Assembly: GCA_043737315.1 (NCBI GenBank)
Contig: JAYTAT010000911.1
Coordinates: forward strand, 1-41,681
DNA: 41,681 bases
Direction of reading: 5' to 3'
DNA from: Archangium sp.
GTDB lineage: Bacteria > Myxococcota > Myxococcia > Myxococcales > Myxococcaceae
Shown: positions 34,545 through 41,681 of the stretch, piece after piece
How the letters are laid out: every line of letters starts with the position of its first letter
Numbering within the stretch: position 1 is the first letter of the stretch
Notes under the pieces: generated by a model
Database searches by the model: none
What the model saw: only the letters and a program-made list of their open reading frames with translations
What the model was told of the DNA's origin: nothing
Position numbers and translations under genes: made by a program

Positions 34545-35090
34545 TCACTCACGCCGCGGCTCCGTCGTCGTCTGTTGCCGCAAACGGGCCCCGGCGCTGT
34601 TCTCTTGTCGCGCCGGAACTCGCTGCGGTTGATCTGCTTGAATCTTGCCGTCGATCACTTGCGTCTGCGCCCACGTATCACCGAGACGAACCCCTTCGCG
34701 ATCACGCAGACACTGCAGGGCCTCGACGCTGCCGATCACCACCAGCCCCGCCAGGAACGCGCGCGGCCCCAGCTCGGGCATCATCGAGAGCAGAACGATG
34801 AGGCCGAAAGGTGCGTTGCGCAGCACGCTGTCGCGATGCCGGGCGCCGCTCTTGGTGGGCACGAAGACCACCTTCACGCCGAAGATCTTCTTCCCCGGGC
34901 TCTGGCCCTGCAGCATGCCGTCGGCGAACAAAGTGTAGAGCATGGCCATCACCACGCCCGCGGGCCCGAAGGACCAGTAGAGCGACCAGGCGATCGCCGT
35001 GTCGACCAGCCGCGCGCCGCCTCGCAGGAGCAACGAGGCCTTGGGGTACCCCGATGGCTCGCCCTCCTTCACGACGCGCAAGGTTCTCAT
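34545..35090 (-). CDS. RDD family membrane protein
   Basis: RGGARLVDTAIAWSLYW... and ...GQSPGKKIFGVKVV...RHRDSVLRNAPFGL are typical RDD-domain patterns. ATGA overlap with the upstream gene. Confidence 0.7.
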   Translation of the reverse strand: MRTLRVVKEGEPSGYPKASLLLRGGARLVDTAIAWSLYWSFGPAGVVMAMLYTLFADGMLQGQSPGKKIFGVKVVFVPTKSGARHRDSVLRNAPFGLIVLLSMMPELGPRAFLAGLVVIGSVEALQCLRDREGVRLGDTWAQTQVIDGKIQADQPQRVPARQENSAGARLRQQTTTEPRRE

Positions 35091-35491
35091 TCGTCGCGCT
35101 CGAGCTTGTCTGCGGCGAGGCCGTGCAGCCGCTCCCAGGCGGTCTGCATCGGATCGACCTCGGCGGTCAGCTTCTGCAGGTGCGCGATCGCTTCGTCTTC
35201 CGAGCGGTGCGCGACCTCGAGGTGAGGCACGATCTCGGGCTGCGGCAACGGGGCGCCTTCACGCGTAAAGAACACGAAGGCCATCGAGGGCCGCTTCGAT
35301 GACTCCCGCATCGCGAATTGAAGGCCATCGAATTTCCAGCCCATGGGAACCCACTCGTTGATCGCTCGCTCCAGCGTGTGCTCATCGACGCTCGAGAGTT
35401 CGACCACTTTGTAATGGAGCGCCCGCTGCGGGGGCATGTCGCGAGCCTCCTCGACCAGGGAGGCCTTTTTCTTCGTGCGCTTGTTCGCCAT
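35087..35491 (-). CDS. DUF4177-like small protein with basic N-terminus
   Basis: ATG 35491. MANKRTKKKASL...LHYKVVELSS...LERAINEWVPMGWKFDGLQF. The upstream part of the track ORF overlaps the neighbouring gene and is rejected. Confidence 0.45.
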   Translation of the reverse strand: MANKRTKKKASLVEEARDMPPQRALHYKVVELSSVDEHTLERAINEWVPMGWKFDGLQFAMRESSKRPSMAFVFFTREGAPLPQPEIVPHLEVAHRSEDEAIAHLQKLTAEVDPMQTAWERLHGLAADKLERDE

Positions 35492-35505
35492 GGAAGAAGG
35501 CAAAG

Positions 35506-36783
35506 TTACCAGACGCTTCGGTAGGTCCGTTTGCCTGAGATCTCCGACGCACCGGGGTTCTCGGCGGCATCGGCCCAGAGCAGGCTCACCAACGTCTTGG
35601 CGCCGATCGCACCGACACCCGCCAGGATGTAGGGGACCGGCGACTGGGTGAAGCCGGTGGTGGGCCCGAGCAACAGGCCCGAGAGCGCCAACACCGCGCC
35701 TCCGACGATCGCGCCGAAGATGTTGGCTCTGATGATCTGGGTGGTGCTGGGGTTGAACTTGAGCGTGGCCAGCGCCATCACGCCGGCGCCGATCGCAGGC
35801 ATCAGCATCACCGCATCCAAACCGCTGCGGGGCGTGATGGCGCCGCCGGTGGTGGCGATGATGGCCACGATGAGCGCGGTGTAAATCGCAGCCCAGGCCG
35901 CGCCAGAGACGATGAGCGTGGCCTTGTTGAGCGCGATGTCGCCGCCGCCCACGATGGCCGCAAGCCAGGCGCCTGCCGAGCTGCCGATCATCGTCATCCA
36001 CATGGTGGCGTAGGCGTCTCCGTGGCCGGTCACGAGGTCAGTGAACCCGCCCAGGAACATGCCGCCGATGAGTGAACTCAAGATGCCGAAGTTCGCCGAG
36101 CGGTGGCTGATCCAGTTGTTGAACTGCCAGATGGCCGCCGAGGTGAAGCCGATGCCGGCGCCCAGCAGCGTGCCCATCAGGTAGGCCAGGCGCGCGTCTT
36201 CGCCCGTGACGATGTCGGAGCAGCTGACCACCTTGCTGTTGGCGCCCAGGTAACGCGGGTCGATGGGAGGACAGCCGCCCGCGGGGATGTCGATCTGGCC
36301 CCGGCGGTCGAGCACGGCCTCGCGTGAAGGGCCGGCGTCGATCGCGCGCGGCACCAACTGGGTGGCGAGCACGCCGAAGCCGGTCATCAGGGTGTGGTGC
36401 AGCAGGAAGGTGAGGCTGCCCGGGCCCGAAAGAAAGGCGCCTTCACGCGGGTGGCCGTCGATCATCGCGCCCGGGCCCGAAGGCACGATCTGCGGCGGGT
36501 TGCGATCGAACTGCTCCGGCAGCGGGGGCGGCGGCGGCAGCGCCTCGATGGTGCGCGTGTCGGGCTGCAGCGGCGTGTCTTGCGGGGGCGGCGGCTGCGG
36601 CTGAGGGATGGGCTCAGGCTGTGGCGCGGGGGGCGGCTGCGCGACGCCGGCATCGTACGGATCGCCCATGGGCACGATGATGACCTTCTCATTCGGAATT
36701 TCAGGAGTGCCCTGAGCGACGGACAACGACGCTGAAAGCACCAGTCCCAACACGATGATCCGCTGCATGGTGTCTTGCAACAT
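35506..36783 (-). CDS. polytopic membrane protein with signal peptide and Pro-rich segment, unknown function
   Basis: MLQDTMQRIIVLGLVLSASLSVAQG (ATG 36783 or 36768). PPPAPQPEPIPQPQPPPPQ linker. The C-terminal half is Gly/Ala-rich TM helices. Confidence 0.6.
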   Translation of the reverse strand: MLQDTMQRIIVLGLVLSASLSVAQGTPEIPNEKVIIVPMGDPYDAGVAQPPPAPQPEPIPQPQPPPPQDTPLQPDTRTIEALPPPPPLPEQFDRNPPQIVPSGPGAMIDGHPREGAFLSGPGSLTFLLHHTLMTGFGVLATQLVPRAIDAGPSREAVLDRRGQIDIPAGGCPPIDPRYLGANSKVVSCSDIVTGEDARLAYLMGTLLGAGIGFTSAAIWQFNNWISHRSANFGILSSLIGGMFLGGFTDLVTGHGDAYATMWMTMIGSSAGAWLAAIVGGGDIALNKATLIVSGAAWAAIYTALIVAIIATTGGAITPRSGLDAVMLMPAIGAGVMALATLKFNPSTTQIIRANIFGAIVGGAVLALSGLLLGPTTGFTQSPVPYILAGVGAIGAKTLVSLLWADAAENPGASEISGKRTYRSVW

Positions 36784-36808
36784 AGCGCGCTTCAGGTAGC
36801 TCCCCACC

Positions 36809-37321
36809 ATGTCGAGTGAAGCCTTCGAAGGTCTGTCACCCATCGTGCACCCCACGGCGTTCGTTCACCCGTCTGCGTTACTCCTGGGTGACGTGAAGCT
36901 CGCTGAGGAGGTCTCGGTGTGGCCGACGGCTGTGTTGCGCGGGGATTGTGGAACGATCCAGATCGGCGCGCGCACCAACATTCAGGATGGCACCATCGCG
37001 CATGCGACCACCGGTTTCAGTCAGACGCACATCGGCGTGGAGTGCACCGTGGGGCACCGGGTGATTCTGCACGGCTGCACCGTGGGAAATCGGTGCCTGA
37101 TTGGCATGGGGAGCATCGTGCTGGATGGGGTGGAGATTGGGGATGAGTGTTTTGTGGCGGCGGGCTCGGTGGTGACTCCGGGCAAGAAGTTCGAGCCGAG
37201 AGGTTTTCTGATGGGTTCACCGGCGCGGCGGGTGCGGGAGGTCAGCGAGCGCGATCTGATGTCGATCGACGCCGCGTGGCGGTCGTATGTGCATTTGCTG
37301 CAGGGGTACTCGAAGCGGTGA
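36809..37321 (+). CDS. gamma-class carbonic anhydrase-like / hexapeptide (LbH) transferase family protein
   Basis: VWPTAVLRGDCGTIQIGARTNIQDGTIAH...VGHRVILHGCTVGNRCLIGMGSIVLDGVEIGDECFVAAGSVV. 170 aa. Confidence 0.85.
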   Translation: MSSEAFEGLSPIVHPTAFVHPSALLLGDVKLAEEVSVWPTAVLRGDCGTIQIGARTNIQDGTIAHATTGFSQTHIGVECTVGHRVILHGCTVGNRCLIGMGSIVLDGVEIGDECFVAAGSVVTPGKKFEPRGFLMGSPARRVREVSERDLMSIDAAWRSYVHLLQGYSKR

Positions 37322-37357
37322 AATGACTCGAGGCCCTCACCCAGGGGGACGCACGAG

Positions 37358-37897
37358 TCACTTCCCGGCGTCTTCCCGATACAGCTCAGCCAGGGCGTGC
37401 GCCTTTTCGACCTCGTCGCGTGCTTGATCGAGCCTCATCACCCGATCGAAGTTCGCGACCTGCGTCTTGAGCGCATCCGACACCATCACGCCCGCTGACA
37501 ACCTCGCCCGCGCGCTCTGCCGCTCTTCCTGCAGCTCGGCCAACTGCCGCGACAGTTCCTCTGCCGCGTCCATCAACAGCTTCGCGTTCACCCCGGCCTG
37601 CGCATGCGCCTCGTGGGTGGTCTCGAGCAGCTGCTGCGCCTCAGACAGATCCCGCTTCAGCGTCTTCTCGATCTTCGGCTCACCCAGCGCGCGCTCGAGC
37701 TTTTCCTTCGTGGTGCCCACCCGCTTCTCGTACTTCTGTTCATCCCGCGCGAGCTCGGCCCGGAGCGCCAGCAACGTGGCCGCCGACTTCCGCACCTCTG
37801 CGCCCTGACGATCGAGCGAGCTGATCACCGCGTCGAACACGGCCAGCGGATCGCTCGACTTGAAGACCACCGGCTTTTTCTTGAAGAACCCGAACAC
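37358..37897 (-). CDS. PspA/IM30 (ESCRT-III-like) family coiled-coil protein, short form
   Basis: GTG 37897 follows GAGGTGG. The N-terminal MFGFFKKK amphipathic start, then SDPLAVFDAVISSLDRQGAEVRKSAATLLALRAEL... and ...NFDRVMRLDQARDEVEKAHALAEL resemble PspA heptad architecture. Confidence 0.55.
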   Translation of the reverse strand: MFGFFKKKPVVFKSSDPLAVFDAVISSLDRQGAEVRKSAATLLALRAELARDEQKYEKRVGTTKEKLERALGEPKIEKTLKRDLSEAQQLLETTHEAHAQAGVNAKLLMDAAEELSRQLAELQEERQSARARLSAGVMVSDALKTQVANFDRVMRLDQARDEVEKAHALAELYREDAGK

Positions 37898-37908
37898 GCA
37901 GGACCACC

Positions 37909-40164
37909 TCAGCAGACCAGGCGAATCCGCGCGACCGCCTTCTGGAGCCTCACCTCAGGCACCTGCACCCAGTCCAGGTATTTCGGCAGCGGCATTCCGT
38001 ACACCTGAAGCAGGTGGGTGAGCAGCGTGACCGCCTCGGCGCGGCGGCCCTCGGTCGGCGCGAGGCTGACGGCTTCGGCGATCGCCTCCAACACGTCGAC
38101 CACCCGGGGCAGCTGCGGCGGCGCCACGGCATTCGCGCGCGGCCTCTCGGGGAACAAGGCATCGAACTGCGAGGCCTGCGTGGCGCTCTTGTGCACGGGC
38201 CTGCCCTGGGCGATCGCCTCGAGCGCTTCGAGGTGCGGCACCAGTCGCTCGAGCGCGTCGCTGGTCACCGCCACGTCAGCCGGCAACAAGGTGCGCCAGG
38301 CCGAGTCGAAGTCGGTGCGCGCGAGCTGAATCTCGGCGTCGGACACGTGGTGATAAAACGCGCGACCGCCTGCATCCCGCTGTTCGACGATGAGGGAACG
38401 CAGGTCGGGGTTCTCTTCACCCAGCGAAATGAAGCTCAGCGCGATCTCCAGCCCCTCGTAGGGCCTGCGCGTCTTCCTGATGAGCTCGAGTTCGACGCCG
38501 TCTTCACCGTCGGTCACCAGGACCACCGTGGCGCGCGCAAGGTACGGGTCTTCACCCCGCGCACGGCCGATGGAATCGAAGGCGGACACCAGCGCGAGTG
38601 AAATATCAGTCTGACCTTCTGCCGGCGACTCCCGGAACAGCTTGTCGATGTGCCTCGAGGCCGCATCACCACTGTCGATGCGCACCAGCTCGGTCGGCGC
38701 GTCGTTGAAGAACGAGAAGTACAGCGGGTCGAACGGCAGGCCTGCCTTCGCCTTCACGCGAATGGCATTGAGCTCAGAGACCACGATGGCGTCACGAAAC
38801 CGCGCGCGAGAGCCGTGCATCGAACCCGACGCATCGAGCACGTAGACCCGCACTGCCGTCTTCTGCGACTTCTTCGGGCGCGGGGGTGGCTCTTCCTCGA
38901 GATACGCGCGCACCATCTGCCGGCCCGAAGCGAGGTCGAGCACCAACGAGCCGGGGTGATCGAGCACGAAGTGATTGAGCTGATCGAGCGAGTTGGTGGG
39001 CTCGTAGGTCATCAACTGCGTGGGGTAGGGCACGCGTTTCTGCACCGGCCGCGTCGAGCGCACCTCTGCTTCGACGATCTCCTCTGACAACGAGTCTTCC
39101 ACGTCGAAGTACCGCGCGCAGCCTGCCGCCAGCTCGAGGGCCCTGCGCTCATCGTCGTCGAGCTCGAAGGCGAGCTGGGCCAACTCGGAGGCGAGCTGAT
39201 CATCGAGCCCCTTCCGACCCCCTGGAGCCAGGCGGTTCGAGGCGAGTTCCTGTCGCGGCCCGTCCCTCCAGCCGATCGACCGCATCGCCTCGGCGCGGTC
39301 GACCGCGGGGGCAAGCGCGCCTCTCTCGCTGATGGAAAGCAGCGCCGCACTGGCGGTCTGCGCAAGCTCGGAGTCACCCGCTTCGATCGCCCGTTCGTAG
39401 AGCGCCCGCAAGCTGCGCCACGCCGTGGAAGGATCGCTTCGAGCGGAGTGACGCACGTGGCGGATCAGGTCATCGAGCGAACGCACCGCGGGCGACGCCC
39501 TCACCCGCTCACGCGCAGCCCCCAGCTCGAGCCGCAACTGCCGCGAACGATCGCGGTCACCCTTCGCGTCGGCCCCCATGCGCAGCACGATTTCGTACGC
39601 GAGGTCGAGATCGCGGCGCTTCTGCGCGGTGTCACCCGTCTGGCGCTGGGCCCTTTCAGAAAAGAACTCTGCGAGTGCGAGCCGGGCACTGGTGGGCGCG
39701 AGCCGCTCAGCCGTGCGAGGCCGGCTGAAGATCTCGAACGGCACGTTCGCTGCGGCGAACACGGCGGCCACCTTCACCACCCTGCCCAGCCGGCGGAAGT
39801 CGACCTCGAGCGTCGAGCGCAGTTCAGCCGGAAGCACGCCCAGCGCCGCCATGCGCTCTGCTTGATCGAGGGCGAGCTCGAACTCCGTCAGCGAAGCATC
39901 AGCCCGCGCACGCAGGCCCACGCTCAGCTTCCCCAGCTTGCCCTTCGCCGAACCCAGCTCGCGCAGCAGCCGCGCGTCAGCCACCGTGTGCACGCCCGCC
40001 CGCTCGAGCTCGGTGTCGAGTGCACGCAAGCCGTCGAGGGCGACCTTCCCGTCGTCGCGCAAGAACATCATCTTGGCCCGGCTCAACAACCCCAGCGCAG
40101 GCGGGCGCCCTTCGCGAAGTGCGTCGAGCCGGTCTTTGAGCTGGTTGAACCGGTCGACCGTCAT
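37909..40164 (-). CDS. large helical protein with C-terminal-half von Willebrand factor A (vWA) domain
   Basis: VRVYVLDASGSMHGS (DxSxS), ...EGQTDI... and ...VVLVTDGEDG together give a complete MIDAS set. About 430 aa of helical N-terminal region. ATG 40164 lies 3 nt after the upstream stop. Confidence 0.75.
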   Translation of the reverse strand: MTVDRFNQLKDRLDALREGRPPALGLLSRAKMMFLRDDGKVALDGLRALDTELERAGVHTVADARLLRELGSAKGKLGKLSVGLRARADASLTEFELALDQAERMAALGVLPAELRSTLEVDFRRLGRVVKVAAVFAAANVPFEIFSRPRTAERLAPTSARLALAEFFSERAQRQTGDTAQKRRDLDLAYEIVLRMGADAKGDRDRSRQLRLELGAARERVRASPAVRSLDDLIRHVRHSARSDPSTAWRSLRALYERAIEAGDSELAQTASAALLSISERGALAPAVDRAEAMRSIGWRDGPRQELASNRLAPGGRKGLDDQLASELAQLAFELDDDERRALELAAGCARYFDVEDSLSEEIVEAEVRSTRPVQKRVPYPTQLMTYEPTNSLDQLNHFVLDHPGSLVLDLASGRQMVRAYLEEEPPPRPKKSQKTAVRVYVLDASGSMHGSRARFRDAIVVSELNAIRVKAKAGLPFDPLYFSFFNDAPTELVRIDSGDAASRHIDKLFRESPAEGQTDISLALVSAFDSIGRARGEDPYLARATVVLVTDGEDGVELELIRKTRRPYEGLEIALSFISLGEENPDLRSLIVEQRDAGGRAFYHHVSDAEIQLARTDFDSAWRTLLPADVAVTSDALERLVPHLEALEAIAQGRPVHKSATQASQFDALFPERPRANAVAPPQLPRVVDVLEAIAEAVSLAPTEGRRAEAVTLLTHLLQVYGMPLPKYLDWVQVPEVRLQKAVARIRLVC

Positions 40165-40167
40165 GGC

Positions 40168-41681
40168 TCAGCGCCGCGCAGCGCGGCTGTCGATCAACCG
40201 CCGGGAGAACCTCGAGAATGCCTCCTCGCACTTCCTTGATTCGTCGAGCAACGACCCAATGTACTCAGCGCGCTGGCCACTCTCCTGACTCAAGCGCGCG
40301 ATCGCCGAACCCAGCCGAACGAACTCGCCTTCGCGCGTCACCAGCAACGGAAAGCGGCTCTTCACCAGGCCATCGAAGGCCTTGTCTGCGTCAGCCGGCT
40401 TGAGCTTGTCGAGAGGGAGCGCGGCTTCCACCAGCCCCCACCAGCTCGACAGATACCGCACGCGCACGCCCAGCGACTGCACCTCGGCGTTGGCCACCAG
40501 CTCGCGCGTTTCGGGGGCGAGCGGCACCGCGCCGACCGTTCGCAACAACGCATCGATGCCCCGAAGCGCGTTCAAATCACCTTCGATGGCGTTGGCCGAG
40601 AGCTGCTGCCGATAGAACGTGTACGCCTCACCGCCCAGAACCCGGGCGGCGTCGGGCGCAATGCCCTTCGGCGCGGTGAGCCCCTGGGCGTAGCCGGTGA
40701 CCCTGCGCTCCACCTCGTCGCGGGCGACCCGCAGGGCAGCCGCCGGTGACGCCCCTTCGCGCGTGAGGTTGTCGACCACGCCCTGCATCAAGCGCAGCAG
40801 CTGCTCGAGCTTGGTGAACGGCTGCACCGTCAGCACGTCGCGCGCGTACTGCTCAGCCAGCGGCGCGAGCAGCGTGACGCGCAAACCTGCGTGTGAAGGC
40901 GAGAGCTCCACCAGGCAGCGCTCCAACTCGCGAAGGCGCCGGCTGTCTGTGGTGAGCAGCTCGAGCGGCTCGCCCTTTCGGCCCGATTGGCTCTGCGCAA
41001 ACGTACGCGTCGCGCGACGGCGCAAGGCCATCGCGGTGCGCTCTCGCATGATGGTCAGGTGCGCCCTGACCGGCTCGACCACTTCAGGGACGATGGTGCC
41101 CGCCACCTGAACGAGTTCACCGATGCGCTCGAGTTCCTCTGCGAGGTTGCCGGCGATGCCCGAGACGCCCTCGAGGCGCACGGCGTCGTCGAACTCGGTG
41201 CCCTCGGCAGCCAGCGCGATCATCTCGGCGGCCTGTTTGCTGAAGTCGGCCACGCTGCGCGCGATGTTCAGCAAGCGGCTCTGCAGCTCGGGAACCCGGT
41301 GCGCCAGCTCGAGCACGTCACCAAAGCTGCCCAGCAGCGCCACACCACCCCGGCCTTCGCCCTGCCCCGCCATGCCCCGCGCGCAGCGTTGATCCATCGC
41401 GTGCAGCAACAACTCGGCGGCACGCAGCAGCGGCTTGCGGTTGTCGGGGTGACGTGGACCCGGCACCAGCTTGTTGCGCAGGGCAAGCGCGGTGGTGCTG
41501 GCGACCGAGGCGGTCCACCCGCGGCCCTGACTTTCAGCCGCTTCCACGTCTTCCTGGGCCTTGAGGTCAGCCGCCTCACGCTCGAGCGACTGCTGCAGCG
41601 AGGGCTGGAGTTTGGCGTAGGCCGCCGCGAACGTCTTGTGCTCCACCCGGATGATCTCGAGCTGCGCGCGCTCACGTGGAT
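40168..41681 (-). CDS. large all-helical hypothetical protein, 5' end outside the window
   Basis: The track ORF starts at GTG 41646, but the frame stays open to the window edge (...PRERAQLEIIRVEHKTF...). No nucleotide-binding motif was noticed. Confidence 0.6.
   Translation of the reverse strand, partial: PRERAQLEIIRVEHKTFAAAYAKLQPSLQQSLEREAADLKAQEDVEAAESQGRGWTASVASTTALALRNKLVPGPRHPDNRKPLLRAAELLLHAMDQRCARGMAGQGEGRGGVALLGSFGDVLELAHRVPELQSRLLNIARSVADFSKQAAEMIALAAEGTEFDDAVRLEGVSGIAGNLAEELERIGELVQVAGTIVPEVVEPVRAHLTIMRERTAMALRRRATRTFAQSQSGRKGEPLELLTTDSRRLRELERCLVELSPSHAGLRVTLLAPLAEQYARDVLTVQPFTKLEQLLRLMQGVVDNLTREGASPAAALRVARDEVERRVTGYAQGLTAPKGIAPDAARVLGGEAYTFYRQQLSANAIEGDLNALRGIDALLRTVGAVPLAPETRELVANAEVQSLGVRVRYLSSWWGLVEAALPLDKLKPADADKAFDGLVKSRFPLLVTREGEFVRLGSAIARLSQESGQRAEYIGSLLDESRKCEEAFSRFSRRLIDSRAARR

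Overview
This 41.7-kb window is GC-rich (roughly two-thirds G+C by eye, not computed) and is almost certainly myxobacterial (Myxococcota) chromosome. The pointers are a MYXO-CTERM sorting tail, an FHA+DUF4388 protein, a GYF/AgmX-type protein and several very Cys-rich lipoproteins. I call 44 CDS, 37 on the minus strand and 7 on the plus strand, many joined by 1-nt (TGATG/TAATG) or 4-nt (ATGA) stop/start overlaps. I saw no rRNA, tRNA, CRISPR array, transposase or integrase.

Recognisable housekeeping genes are an AmiC-type amidase (partial), selD, bamD, recX, pilT, rpsI, rplM, uvrD/pcrA and clpX. The rest is envelope, signalling and sulfur-related accessory content.

The ORF track writes GTG/TTG initiators as M and always takes the most upstream start. 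I therefore re-derived many starts from the DNA, so several long N-terminal extensions in the track are trimmed.

The most interesting loci are:
- 22742-24460: a translationally coupled cassette of an N-terminally truncated ThiF/MoeB E1, a TusA-like protein, a GG-ended Ubl and a degenerate mini-E1 that carries the missing RYGRQ helix. This may be a heterodimeric bacterial E1. It sits next to an orphan LarE-type sulfur transferase and a tailed APS-kinase-like protein.
- 31075-36783: a tandem-duplicated Ddl-like ATP-grasp ligase plus a DmpA/S58 peptidase, preceded by an RDD / DUF4177-like / Pro-rich membrane module.
- 37358-41681: a vWA (intact MIDAS) plus large helical protein plus PspA/IM30-like operon that runs off the window.
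- 17733-20851: a MYXO-CTERM giant protein coupled to a small beta-barrel.
- 12679-13236: a protein with 17 cysteines in CxxC repeats.

All functional calls rest on motif recognition by eye. No database search or structure prediction was possible.
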